Below, piece after piece: positions 23,801-38,800 of a stretch of DNA of 64,000 bases. Position numbers and translations under genes: made by a program. Below the pieces are notes generated by a model, which was given only the letters and a program-made list of their open reading frames with translations, ran no database searches and was not told the origin of the DNA. Numbering within the stretch: position 1 is the first letter of the stretch; each line of letters starts with the position of its first letter. Source of the stretch: Balanoglossus misakiensis (taxonomy: Eukaryota; Animalia; Hemichordata). Where the stretch lies: NCBI GenBank assembly GCA_040954595.2, contig CM082581.2, forward strand, positions 5,262,699 to 5,326,698, written 5' to 3'.

Positions 23801-26800
23801 GGCAATGGAGACTTGGGCCAGACTGGCGGTCTCAGGAATTCCTCGTCTTGCGGCAAAACTTGTCGCAGTATATGGATGAACATAATCGATGCCGGGGCAG
23901 GTCACTTATAGAATGTCTGACGAGGTCTGTGGATCAGACTGCAGCTGTCCCTGGATCGACGCTCTAACATGTCAGCTCGGTGGAATACGGATCGCGTCAA
24001 CGCGCCACAAATCACCCGATGAAAAACACACTGCAGCATTCGCTGTTAATCCATCATATTAAAGCCGGGATGATAAACGGCCGTACAATTCACGGTAATT
24101 TGTCACTTAGACGAAGAAGGTTGCAACGGCACAATCAACACAACAACAACAAAACGACGCGTCACTCTGGTGCTCAGGAAAGTATTTTGGAAATGCCGGC
24201 TATCCTGTAAGGAGATAGTTGGCTGGAAGCATGCACGGTGACCCAACAGACACATCTTAACCTCCTTTGAGTTGTAATAAAGAAACAAGCTTAAGAGGCC
24301 ACTGTATGAGGCCTTGTGTATGCGATCATCATCACAGCCACCACAGTTGATGTGTCTAACTCAGTTTCAAAACATCACCAAACTTCTCATGACACAGGAG
24401 AGGACTTCTTTAAACTGAATGCTGGCAGTAGGATTTTTTGACCACTGATTTAAGAATCTGTCATTTCTAAGATCTCCAAAGATTTAATTCTGTCAGCGTT
24501 TTATATACAACAGTGATCCTAAATAACTGACCTTTGACTATTACATGCAGTAAATGTCATCAATTTCATATCTCTATTTCTGTAGCATGTACGATTACAT
24601 GTATAAAGAACATGATGTAAATTGAAATGTTATGTTAAAGCTATAGCCGTAATGTATTTTCGCTAATATGTTTTCAGTATTTTTGTTTTGCAGTTTCTTG
24701 TTCAATTCCCTGAATCATGATGAAATGCCTAGTATCCAGCTTAAACACAACCTATGTATACATCGTTATCGCGCAAAAGTTGAATTCAAGTCCGGACTAT
24801 TGTCAACAATAACAATGGCCGTAACACACATACCGGCTATGTTGGCAAGTGGAGTAATGGGTGTATTAGCATGTTCTTTGGAGTAGAGCAAGAAACCACA
24901 TATGGTACACAGAACAAAAATAGTGAAATGAAGCTAAAAGTTACAGCTAATGTCCCTTTAAGATAGACTCTATCAACACCAACCCTTGTGATGTATCTTA
25001 ACCCAATTTCACTGAATCCACCCATAAATACAAGGGATCAATTTATGACATAAACAACCCGAATGTTTGAATGACAACATCAACTCAACGTAAACAGAAC
25101 TTGTTTTTCAGACTGTGTCTCACATGTTGTCTCTTGCCAACGCCCACCACAAGACCTCTCAAAATACCGTCGGGTAACCACCGTTTTCGTTTCCTTCTGA
25201 GAGTGTGAGGTGAAGAAAACCACCACAGCACTTCTGAGAAACTTTAAACTCTAAACAATCAACCGATATATCCGCTGCCTTCAGCTTTACTCACCACCAT
25301 CAGATTGAATACCACATTGTCACATTGGTAAAGACAGAACAACTCAATGTGACAATGAACTCAAATATGACTTCATACATTTATAAAAGAATAGATGTTT
25401 TTCAAAGTTTCTTTAAAGTATGAGCAAAACTTAAAAACTGATTTTGCAATAATTTCTATAAAATATCAGTTTAATTCTTTCACCACCAAAGTTTGGTCCA
25501 AATCCACTATTCTATGTTCAAAGCTTGGTCCTCTATAGAGGGAAATGAGGTGAAAGGGTTTAAAGACACAAAGATCAAGTTGGTACGTGGATAACATCTG
25601 ACCATGTGGAGTGTTTTAGTACGTACTGTAATGATCGTTAAACTTTATTTGCAAGCTATCTACTGTTTAAAACGATGGCATACGTACTAGTTGTCACTTC
25701 AAGCAGGGCCCTAGTTAAAGAAATATGGGTTCAGGTATATCCAACTCTCAGTATTACAGGAACATTTTTTTATCTGGATACTAATGAAAAACTTCAGACT
25801 ATCACACATCAGGTAATTCTCAGAAAGGGAAAGCCATCCGTGAAAATATGTGCCATTCTTTTTCTCATAATCACAGTCTGAGTCTTGGGTATTTGGAATA
25901 CCAGAACATGACAAACTGATAAAAATGTTAATTTATAAAGCAATCTTCCCTGTGACTCTTGACTCCCAGGGGGTAACAATAAATAAGAATGCACCAAACA
26001 AGTATGGCAGAGATGTACAGTCTTTGATACATGTATCTTGAGTCACAGTCAAGCAGAATTCTTCAAGATTAATCCCTACCCTCATCAAACTCAGTTTGAC
26101 GTCAAATCACATTTCCGTTTTCCAACTTTGTGGACATAAATTTTAACACATTCCACATACCGGTAGTATCCCAACATTCTCATAGTCAAAAATAATTCAG
26201 AATGTTTGATTACGATTATGATTTGGAGTATAATTATGCTGAATTTGGCAGCTATGTTTTACAGAAAGAATGTCAAGTAATTGACTTTTCCCAAATTTAG
26301 ATTTCAGAGGAAGTTTATCAACTTTTTTACCAAGGTTTGAAAATCACTGAGTACTTTTGGCATAAATGGCATCCTCATTTGATGTTGACACATTAGAAGT
26401 TAGCAAACTTCTTCTAATAAGAGCATTCATTAAATTTTAAAGGGAAGGGTGTCCCATTGCTGCAATGTATAGGTAAAACATGTAGCGGGGTAAGAGTAAA
26501 TATGGGCTGCTGTGATAGGAATGGCTGGAACTCTGGGCAGCAGCCAGCGGAAAGTTTTATGTAAAACCTCTGCAAAACTTCATGACGGTGATGATATTTA
26601 TACAACAGGCATTAAATAGCACAGTTATGTGCCAGTTTCTTAAAATACATCAAGACTTTGGCCATTATGGGGTGCCTTAAAGGGAGAAAGCTGGTCTAAA
26701 GTTTAAAGGTAAACAGACATTATAGTTTGAGTTTATTTTTAAATTAGCTATTTCAAAACTGTATGAAAGTTCATGTGAGCTCACTGTAAAATAGATAGTT

Positions 26801-29800
26801 AATAGATATTACATTCCTTATTCACCTTTCATACTATTACGGTATATGGGTCTTAATCAAGAAATAATTTGATGTCACAATTTTGGTATGGTCCATTTTA
26901 TGACATATCAAAATAGAACGCACATTTATGAAAAAGCTGTTATGTGTATCTCTCAAAATAATTTCTAAAAAAATGAAAATAATCACAAGAATGCAAGATA
27001 CAGGGGTGATGATGATGATGATAAATTCACTCCCGAACCAATAAAAACATGAAAGTCCTTCTGGATGCATGACTTGTGGTGCCTGGTACCGTGACGACCA
27101 CACTAACACACGTATCATCTGCTCCGACCATTGACATAAAACTTACCCTTTGGGCATAAGGGTCTCCTTTGAGTCAGTAATATACACTGTTAAACATCGT
27201 CATAACAAAAATGTAAACCGATATCGCAAGGGCTGTTTTCACGCACCTGTTTTTAATATTTTCTAAACAGCTCATGTGTCATATATAGCCAAGAGCTTGT
27301 CAACTTATTTGATCACAGTCTATGTAGTATATCGCACACATTCAACATCTATGCTCACACTGATCATAATCTGCCATGTCTCTGTACTAACTTTTCCGTC
27401 TGACTCTGTGTCATATGGCGATTCACTCGAGCAAGTTTATTTGGAGGTTTGTAACAATCACACGTTTGTGATGTCTTACCTGGAGAACCTTGCCTGTTAT
27501 ATATCCTTCGCAATTAGCACATTTGATTCCAAATAAATTTTGGTAATCCTTCTCACAATATGGCATACCATCCCTGGTGAGTGAAACATAGATCATTGAG
27601 TATAAATAAAATTTAACTTTTTCTACACTCTGTGCAGACACCTGCCAAAACAACTAAAATGATCGAGGCGTGATATTCCTTAAAGTCACTTTGAATGTAC
27701 TAACCTTCCCATGTATTCTCCCACGAGAATTTGTTTGCATTTTGCACATTTGAAACATTGAATATGCCATTGCTTGTCCAATGCAAGCAACTGCTGTCCA
27801 TCTCCTATTTCTTTATTGCAGCCTGCACAACCTGGAATTCAAGAGAAAAATTCTGTTTAGTGGACTGTTGTCTGAAGGTGTCTACATAGGAATAGCATTT
27901 AAGATTTCAAAGATTTTTAGTATTTCAGTATTATCTGAAAGACCACAGAACTTATTTCAAAACTACATTTTGATCGATCCAAAAACAGTTCAAACATATG
28001 CAATTGCGAAAAACCTCACTGATGAATAACTAGTAACCAGAAGCAAATAATACTGCTGGCAGGTGGCAACTGTGGCCCAGTTCCAATTATTTTTTTTATC
28101 TGCAGAACAAGAACTCAAATCTTGACATCTCTGTATTTATCAGGAAACAAAATCTTCACTGAGAGATTAATTTTAGTATCGGTCTTATTACAGCTGTCAC
28201 TTTCTATTTTACGAGGGGCATTAACCACATTCAGATTTTTTTCTTGCTTGTTACAAAACTACATCACCGCCTAAACGCTTCCTTCAACTCAAAATGTACA
28301 CTGTTTCTTTTAAGTTTATTTCTCTGCTAGACCACAACATTTTTCACGCCAGAATTCTCATTGGTACCAATAGGCATATTTTGCAAATAGCTCCTAAAAC
28401 AAACAACTTAAGGAATGACTTTCCTCGTACCGCCAGAGCTGCAGTATTCTTCCAGAAGAATCTAATGAGCTAATTTGACATTTATGAAATGATGCGCCGG
28501 AACATGTGAATTCATCATAAAGTTGATCATAAATGAGACACGACAGCTATCAACCTCCAAGGATAGATCAAACAATGGCGATAATTACTGCTGTCCTCAC
28601 ATACATATTATATTATGTATCTCTTGGGAATTTTTCAATAAACTTTATTTTTCCTGTTTACCAAAATAGACTTACATGGTGCAGACGGACTTGGTGGGCT
28701 TTTTGTCCTGTTTGGTGGCTTGTAACAGAGTTCACACAACACTTCATGACCGTTAAATGTTACTCTGTCTCCTGGCGGAAAAGGTTTTCTGGGGGGAAAA
28801 ACACAAAGCAGTTATATAGCGATGATTATAGATCATGGATCCTTGTTTTTCTCAACTATCTACAGGCAAGCAATTGAATTTGTATTTCATATAAATGCAT
28901 GGTGTGTGGGTTCTTTTTTCTGACAGTGAAGTATGAAGATGTGAAAACACATTGTATCCATGGAGTGTCAGATGATGGTGGCACAGTATATACTGTACTT
29001 GAGGGCATGACACATGCAAATTATGCATGACACTGTAGATGAATGACTGCATGGAAATTAACTTCAGTGATGGGTGAATGTGGACACATCTAGTGGAAAG
29101 TGGAAAAACATTAATGCTGGAACTAAGATGAGGCTTGTGTCATGTCCCCCTGAAGTCAATGACCACGGCACTGATGGACACTGACTACAGGGTCAATGCT
29201 GAAATCTTGCTGTACCTGCAGGAATGAATAGCAATGGTGGGAATGGAAAGTATAAAAACAGTGAAATGACACTGGTATGTTACCGTAGTAACTGTGGCGA
29301 AAATGATGCCTACTGCGTTTACAATTTAGACTCCTACATATTCATAAACCATGATGCTACCAGAATGTAGGCAGATGATAATTTGCATGTAAAGCAAACC
29401 ACATTTGCATAATGACAACTAATGTCTTTCTACAGACTATAGTGATTGGTGGAGCAATGTGCAGCACCTCTGAGGCCTGCCCTCATAGGTTGGTATTCAC
29501 GCACACCTGTTGAACACCCACTTGAGGAGTGACTGTAATAGCTGACCAATCAAAAGCAATATAACGAGACCACATGTGCTGCACACTGCCTGTGATTGGT
29601 CGCTGAAATTTTGCCACACACTTAAAATGAGTGAAATGAAGACAACTGGATTCTACCATACTATGCAGCCTTCAAACATGTCAATGATCTTCAATGACGT
29701 GTGTATATGTTGCGAACATGATATTTAAGACCACATTTGAAGGGTAACAGTGAGTGAAAGAAAATACATGAAGCAATCGATATCTGCCCTGACTGACTGA

Positions 29801-32800
29801 CTTGAAAACATATCAAAACTGTAACAAAAAAGTTCAACTTTGTCCAAAATAAATGATCCATATAGCCACATGAATGCATAGCATTCCAAACCCTCCCACC
29901 CAATCTGACATTTAATAAGATTGAAACATCTGATTTATCAAGTTTGAATTGCAAGAAAAATATGCCCTGGCATCCAATGCCCCAGGGCACATTGGCAAAT
30001 CTAAATCTATTTGTTTGACCCAAGACTTCTAGCATATCGACATATCAGTTGAACTGCCAGACTGATGTAGGGTGTGGATGATGAAAGGACAGTGAGAACT
30101 ACCAGAGCTTGCAGTGAAAATCAAATGAGGACATGGTTGGCATTCTCTACTCATAAAACATCTTTCTACAGAAATGCAGATGAAACTTAATCAAAATGTA
30201 TTACTTGCTAGCACATTTAATGCTATTTTATTATCATTTTGAATTTGTCTGTAGATGTTTATTTTTCACCAAGATTCACAAGATTCTAATTATAATATTG
30301 TGAGAAATGCCTTAATTTGCATTAATTTGTTTGCACACCTGTGTAAGGTAGAAAACATCCTCTCATTTGCTGCATACATTGTGAAAATTGTGGCAGAGTC
30401 AAAAACTCAAAACAATTTCAAAAAATAACAAATCGGACAAAGAATAGTTATGCACTAAAGTAAACTGCAGCTAAACCCCTGTAAAACTGACGAGGGCTAG
30501 CCACATTCCTTGCCGTGAATACCACTTAGCATTTTCAGGGCTCTTCCAGCAAAGCACAACAAGGGGATCTTTTGATTTAATTCTAGGCTTTCTAGCTGCG
30601 GTTCAGTTAGAGGACGTATACATGTATTTACGTAGGTTGCAAATGAAAAACATGCGTGTAACCAACCTACACTTGGAGCACCACTGAACACAATTAATAC
30701 ATAAACATTTACTGCCATCATAAGCTACTTTCTCTCCAGACTTGAACGCTGTCCTGTAGGAAGTCAAATCATAAGATATGCAGCATGCAGTTACATTTTA
30801 TCAAAAAAGAATTAAATACATTAAATTAAAAATTAATACAAGATCACGCTTTAATAAGTTTCAAAATAGTATAACATGCATTGAAATATGGCGGGTCAAA
30901 ATACTTAAAATCGTGGAAAGATTATAATAAGATGTCAAAATATAAATCATTACCTGAAATATGAAGGGATTATTTCTATATATTAACTTTAAAATCATTA
31001 TACAATCATGCAAAAATAGCTGGGTTTTAATCACATGCACTGAAATATAAATGTTGTGGGGTAAAAATATTTAATATGTTTTGTGCATACACAGGGATTT
31101 AAACTTAAAACTAAGTTTAAACTGAATGTCCATCCTTCTTTGGACCAGTGGTCAAGTTTCTGTTGATGGGCCTAAATGCATAATTTCATGAATTTTGAAT
31201 TACATTTTCAGACCCTTCATACTCGAAATTTGAAATGGAATGGCCATACCTCAGGTGTGGTCGTGGAAACGCAAAGAAATTAATTTCTAGGTTAAATATA
31301 GAGATTCCATCCACCAGACATTACCCATCTAATCATGACGATATAAATTTCATAACACCACATCTTTGAATACCACTAATTGATATTAAATCACAGCATC
31401 AAAGGTTTATTTTGCGATCTGAGCACATGACTGGTATCGGATAAGACCCAACTCTCATGACGGCTTATATTAAGTTGCATGTCGGCCGCCACTTGGTGTG
31501 AAATATGCAAGAATAACCACATCTACTTATTCAGGGAGATCTTAGCCACATATCAAAATCGTAGTATGTCTTCCATGTGCTAATAATTACTTTCTCGAAG
31601 CAAATTTCTCTACTGGACATCACAATTAACCAACTTACGTTACAGTTACACACAAGCAGATAATCTAATTTGTCTGGAATGTTGTTTAGTGATTTCTGAC
31701 TTGATGAAACCCAGAAGACGCTGTCTGTTTTCAACAAGACAGAAATCACCTGCACTGAGTGCTAGACTCTAGACTTACACACAAATACCACTGAGTATAG
31801 GAGTCAACAGCTGGCAGGACATCAAACTACATGTGAGTTAATACATTTGGTCATCAAAGAATGCCTGGCATTGCCTACTGGCTCAAGAAAAGAAAAGTCT
31901 GATTTTGCAAGTGTTTTATTGCGCACAAAATTTTGCTGAGAATGAGTCAATGACCTCAAAATGACCAGGCAGGATTACTAAAGGTATGTGTCTGATCTGA
32001 TTTCCTGAGGGCAGGTTAAGTGTCGTCAGTACAGCATACCAAGTCGGGATGACGACCGGCGACTTGATTATGCCAGTGAATTTAGGACACGGATAGTCAG
32101 TCATGCAGGTATGTGCGATATGCATCCACTCCCTGCATGGCTGATGACATCCTCCACTGACAAACACATCATCATCCATTTGTACAGCACCCGTGTTATG
32201 ACTAGAAATTTCCGAACTCTTGTCTTTATCAATCATGTCATGTCAGCTTTTATATCTTTATTTTTGGACTGAGAATTTCAGCGGAAGTTTCATTGCTCAG
32301 GCACGGTGTTGGCCTTTAGTAACATCACACTTTATGACAAATAAAGTGCCAGGTTTAATTTTTATTTTGGAGAATGATGCATAACTGTCTGACACTTTTA
32401 TAAGAGCAAGATATTAAAACATGTGACGTTAGTGTTTATGTTCAGGAAAGCTGTCGTAATCTATCTACATTGCCATTTCACAATATGAGAACATCGACAG
32501 CAGTGTTTTCTCAATTTCTGCTAAGGGTACATTTACCAGTGTTCCCCAGTCATTTTACTGGAGTTTTCCTTGGTAGATTAAATCAGTGTGGCACCGTTTT
32601 AATACATAGCATGTTCAAATTGAAATATGCAGTCACAATCGGGCATCGATTAGGTGTTCATGTATACCTATCAGTAAGCTTATTTAAATGCACCAATTTA
32701 AGTTTGAAAATAAAAGTGGCAGCTCTAGAGGCTTTAAAATGGTGAAACAAACAGACATTCTCAAGGATTGCACTGATAGTCAATCCCCGACTGCAATGCG

Positions 32801-35800
32801 ACTCTGAAACGCAAAACAATTATATGAAACTTAACTTTCATGTTGGAACGTAAACATCCTGCAGGGTGCTCGACAAATGTCAGCGATCTCAGTGACCCTT
32901 CAGGGAACACTCTCGGCTCATTTTCAGTTTAAGTTTGTTCAAGTTGACAGCGTCAAGAAAACACCATGCTGTGAAAACCATAGCTGACGTAAAAATGCTG
33001 CCTTTTCAGTTTCAACAACAGCCAAAATCAAATCAACTTATGAATATGAAAGTTTTCATATTATTTGGTTGAAGTCAAAAATGTGAACTGAAAGTGAGTG
33101 GTTGATTTCTCACTCAAATGCAGTAAGTGATGAAAATTCATGGTGTGTATACCGATCAATGAGAATTTGGGGTGGATGTTTTTTTTTATACTGAGAATGA
33201 CTCAACATGTAGATGTACATGTATGTAGTGCACATGTATGTACCAGTGTATGCAAGTGGAGGAGATCTGTGGAAGCAATGTGTGGAATAGCTCATGTCCC
33301 ATTTTAACATCAGACTTTCAGTTACGAATACCACACAGCACACAGTCTCAAGTGGCAGAATCTTCATGTGGCATTCCTTGGCGATCATAAACAGACCCGG
33401 GATATATAACCAGGCAGCTGACCATCCCAGTGTTGTCCTCAGTTGTTTACATTACCGGTACACCAAATAATTCAACCTCAACTGAACTTCAAAAACAGAT
33501 AATCCAGCACAGAAAAGCCAAAGACGCATGAATGTACAATATGCTACTTACCCGCACTGAGCACAGACAAAGCAGTGTTGATGATATGTATTTCCTAGCG
33601 CGGTCACCACCTCCCCTTCCACATACTCCCCGCATGCTTTGCATTTCGTGCCGAACAAGTCTTGAAAGTCGCTGGCGCAGTAGTAGTTACCGTCTTTGAC
33701 GAAGAATCCACCGTGGGCTAAGGTTGAATTACATACTGCAAGATACAAAGAAATTCAGGAGAAAAAGATGTTAATATCTGAGTGTCATTCATTTATGATG
33801 GAATCTCCGACTTGGCAACAGCTTGATCATAACCTTCTAAAATAATCAAACCTGGTTATCCAATAAAACTGTTCTCATCTTTCTGGGAATATTACCAGGC
33901 CAGACACACATACATGTATCTACTACCCTATGTAGGGTACATTCCCAATGATAAACTTGTGGTGATAAACCACAGTCAAACTGCACGGGATACTAAGTAT
34001 AGGAAGTACGACAGGAAGTCCTTACTTTCCGTGGCCATATTCCGATCGCGATGTCTCGTTTCTGCGTAAAGTTCACATGTACACAAGTATTTTTTTCTCC
34101 CCGCAACGCAGAGGCAGCTATTTAACACAGCTGATTGAGACTTGTGCAGTTTTCCGACCCGAGATGATAACCGGGAGCTGATTGGCCGGCCGGACTCAGA
34201 CTCCCAGCCCAGAAAAAAAAAAATTGATCACTGGACTTGGGTTGGTTTATATTTAGGACTGCAGGGGTTATCGACGCAAATGGTATGTGCGAAGTTCCAG
34301 CATGAATCATGGACAGATTAAATGACATCAGCAGAGTGGTGGCTTACAGCAAGTCTCCATCCATACATCAGGCACTGAGTACTCACCACCATATCTTGAA
34401 ACAACGCAAGCTTTGTACGTTCGGCCCACACAATGCCTTACATGAGAAATCTTTTTACAAAAAACACCCCTGTCCCCCCAAAAAGAAATCTAACCATTGA
34501 TAAGCCTTTCAGACAAACTTTAGTCTGTAGAAACCACTGACTTTAATGAGTGCACTTTGAACTTTTAAGCCACTGAAATGTCTTGACGTTTTTCACTTCT
34601 GTCCTCATATGAACTCGCGCACAGATAACAGTATATATGTTAAATTAACAAACTTAGGTTCAGTCAAAATAAAGGACTTTTTTGATGCACATCCTGTTTA
34701 TGATTAGCCTTTTATGTTTATGATTATCTCTTTGCTCATTGTTTACTTTAAAGTCCTTGTTGATTTTACACCACAGACACTGTATCATGACCTGAAACTA
34801 AGGTCAAAGGTCGAAAGCTGTGAGCTTTGGCCCACTTCAATCCTGTGATAAAAGTCCTGATAACAATTGGTTTAGAGACTCCAATCTTGTGTTTTTTATT
34901 TATCTAATTAATTATTTATTCAATTATTCATTATTCAGTATGTCAGTTAATTAGTCAGTCAGTCAGTCAGTAAGTAAGTCAATTTGTTTATTCAATCAGT
35001 TTGTCATTTTTTGATTCACACACTATTACACATACATATTCATTTATTCTCACTCATTCACTCACTCACTCACTCATTCCTATAATGTACTACAATAGAG
35101 CATAATGAATAATGCACTGCAAATATTCCAAACATTTTCTCAGACCATCTGGGTTCATGGCCATGGTCAAGAATATTGCAGAGACTGTCCGAACTTCATA
35201 TAAATTTGACTTGATGCTCCTAGCCTTTGATTTCACACATCAAGTCCTTTCGTAAGTTCAAGGTGAGTCTTCAGGGGACTCCACATGTACTCATGATTAT
35301 TATGCAAATTGTCAAGTGACAACTTCTGACCAATCAGAGAAGTGGGTCACTGAGAAATACATTAAGGATAAAAGATAGGAAATTCTCTGTTAATTATCGA
35401 GCTCAGAATCCCTGTAAAACTCTATATTTTCTGAAAGCTTAGATATACTATATAGGAGAACACTTTGGTTACTTTAATGTGACCATTGTTTATACAAAAT
35501 AGAAAAATTCTGGGATATAATTTTTCTGATTCTGGAGAAGCAGGCCACACACTTACAAAAACACGACTACCTGAATAGACGTTGATTTGTTTATTAATAT
35601 TATCAAATTAGTGGTTTATATTGAATAGCTCAGAGAATATACCGATCTGAACAATCACACACATAGAGATGTGGGCTATATGAGGTAGAAACTTGATACA
35701 TATCAATGAATATAAGTAAGGTATGTTTTTATAACACTACAATTACATGTGGTTTCACACACCCTGTCAGTGACATATGAACTTTAAGGTCAATGACCTT

Positions 35801-38800
35801 TGGCACGTGCTCCTCAGAAATGATCTCATACCGAAATTCATGATGTTGATACAATGAGAACAATTAAGTTCCCTGTTGAAACCAGAAACAGTGATAAAGC
35901 AAAAAACAACATCACATGATGTTGGCTAGCTGCCAGAAAAGTTGCATACGTACTGTACATTGTTTTTTGAAATTACTGATAAACTTGTAAATTTGTACAT
36001 CATCAGGACAATCATGTTTTTAAGCATGGTTCATACTAACAATTCAGTAACCAAGTTTGAAGTCATCAAAATGGAAATATTGTCATCTCTTGTTTACAAA
36101 GTACAGTTGATAATTGGGGGCAAGGCTACTAAACCGATACGTGTCGAAATATGATTATGACTCACTTTTATAACATGATCATATGATATTCATTTGGAAA
36201 AACAACAACATCAATGCACCCCTGCTGACAAGTGTTCATGATCTATCTACTGCATGTCTGAAACGTTAAACTCTCTGAAAACTTCACCCTGGGAAATATC
36301 TTCTCGTTTTTCTTGCCGCAAGGCTAAGAATACTTGCATACACAAATGTTATCAAATTTTCAATATATAAGTTATAATCTAGGGTCTATGTTAAAACCTT
36401 TTCCTGAAATTAATGATGGGTTTCTTACTATGGTTTGAGTTTCAGTGGATGAAGATTAAGGAAATTGATGTTTGACTAATTTTTTAAAATAATTTTTTGT
36501 GCATATCAACAATATTCTCTCAAGTCTGTAATAGCCAATATTCAAAGTAGCTACATTGTATTTAATGCCTTTCTTATGACTCTGTCATTTTCATGAGTAT
36601 CCACATTTGTTAGTTTGAACCCTTGCAACACCTGTCTAGGGCCGGCGTAAATTGTCTGATGTGAACCCAGCTAATGACCTCAGATAAGGCATTTAAGGTC
36701 AAACTCAAAGCCATTACACCAAACTACTAAAATGTCCTTGTCGCAGGAACACTGGCCAAGTTGTTTACTACATCACTTTGCTTTGCTTTGGGTTTCCTTT
36801 GATGTTACCCCACCCACTGGAAAAGAGTAATCCGAGAAGACAAAACTGCTGTCGTTTTCGCGCCTCTAGCATTTTTCGGTGATGTACGCAGTGTGATGCC
36901 ATCGGGCTATATTCTGTTGTGAAGATATGGAGAAACCTACACTGGTACAGACCACCATTACAACAGACCAGGTACCAGATAGTGTTACAGAAGCCACACT
37001 TGCCTAATGACTCGGGTGTTTTGACAAAACACAGGGGAAAAAATCAGCCAGATCAGATGTAATTACTATTAAAATATATCAGAATTGATTAAGGGTGGAT
37101 ATGGACTTGTGTACGCTCCTGGGTTCCTTCACAGGTCCCTCACTGGTTTCTAAAATGATTTTATCCTTCTGATTGCGCGATGAATTGAGCAAGCTTATCA
37201 GTAAAAGCAACAGAGAGTATTTTTGCTATGCAATTTTGTGCTGGCTCTGTGCTCGATCTGCTAGGGGCGTCATCAGTGTAAAGCAGAGTCAACCAGACCA
37301 ACATCTAAAGGACTGTGAGAGGTCAGTCTCTCTACATTCAGGTCAAGTGATTTTCTTCATACTCTCTCGCCAGCATAGATAATAACGGAAAATCACTGTC
37401 AATATAATCAATGAGAATAATTAAGTGGATGAAAGTCTTCAATTTCCTTTTGCTGATGAGAGAATGTGATGGCACTCCAAGTGAAAGTTTTCAAGCTCCG
37501 TGCATGCAACTTACTTGTACAAGAATTGCACCGTGGCCGGACGACCACACCAAAGTAGGTCATAATCTCACACAGATCTCAGTGTTCAATTCGTGTCTCG
37601 AGTTGAACTCATGCCATTTCAAATCTCCAAATGTGCTGCCATATTGTCCGTATAATCCTACCGGACGGATTTCTTGGAATATTCCAACCTGGGCCCCCCA
37701 GAGTCAAATTTTAGACAGAGCTATCCAGCAGTTTGCAGGGGGCACCTGCAAGTTTTATAGGGGTGGGGTGATCGTGTCATCGTCTTGTGGGGGTGGTGGT
37801 GTGGATGACTCCAAAGAATGCAGAATGGCAGGATAGCTTTCAGACACATATATAGAACAACTAGAATAGACGTCATTCCTCGTCGGAGATTGATAAAGTG
37901 GTATCTAACGGTACGACATAATTATCACAAAATTCTGTCTCATCTACTTTTTTGTGACATCTGAAAACTTTTCATCATTGTACAACTTATTCAGTGAGGA
38001 TATTTCACGAAATTAACTGCTGCATTCGATTTGGACAAACCCCCTTCCCCCTTATCCATGGATCCACTCTCTAACTGAATTGGAATGTCCCACGGCATTC
38101 TATGATGGGAAACAGTCCCTCTGTTAAATGACTAACACGTTGTTATTAAAGAGACCCGAATCTGGTCAGCTGCAACTCTGCAAAAAAACGTGGAATTATT
38201 TTTATCGTCATTCCAACAGTGACAGGCTGACAATTAACCCTTATCCCATGCCCGCAACGATGACATGTGATGTATTTAGCTGGGTTCCACAGGGCAAAAA
38301 TTTCATCGGGTAAATTGCATAATGCTTATTTTATGACATCTGATTAATCGCTCAACTGGCCATTTCGGACAAACGTTAAAGATGTTTATAGAAGTGAAAT
38401 GTTAGTTTATATGACGATAAGGTGGAAGCTACTGGAAATAACTTGTGAATTCAAGATGTTTTATTTGTGGTTAGAAATTCTAACGCTTTGCAGAAACTTC
38501 CCCAAGTTGGATGCATATAAATATCACTGACATAAATTATGTATTCCTTGTCAAAGAATGCTTGCATAAGTCATAGTAAATTATCTGAGTTTTACTTTTT
38601 TACCAGAAATTCACCCTTTCATCATGGGGCACATTGACACATTTGTAGGATATCTAGGCTGGTATGCCAGCCATCTGAGTTAACCATTGCTTCTGCATCT
38701 AGCTAAAATTGCATTCATACAAAGTAGGTCAATGGACTGGTATTCTTATTAGCTCTAAATTCCCCACCAACCTATCCAAAAATAGCACATATTTGAGTTG

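Noticed and set aside
26837-27118. ORF with APQVMHPEGLSCF (vaguely LIM-like) and a hydrophobic stretch
   Set aside because: Poor acceptor, zinc ligands missing, hydrophobicity partly due to an (ATC)n run; the true LIM4 exon is at 22646-22559.
29210-30960. AG|GT recursive-splice-like sites at ~29216 and ~30954
   Set aside because: The intron is only 4.8 kb and such motifs arise by chance; no supporting evidence.
31916-32236. 106-aa intronic ORF as an alternative first exon
   Set aside because: Its phase-2 donor joined to exon 28788 creates TGA; no recognisable homology.
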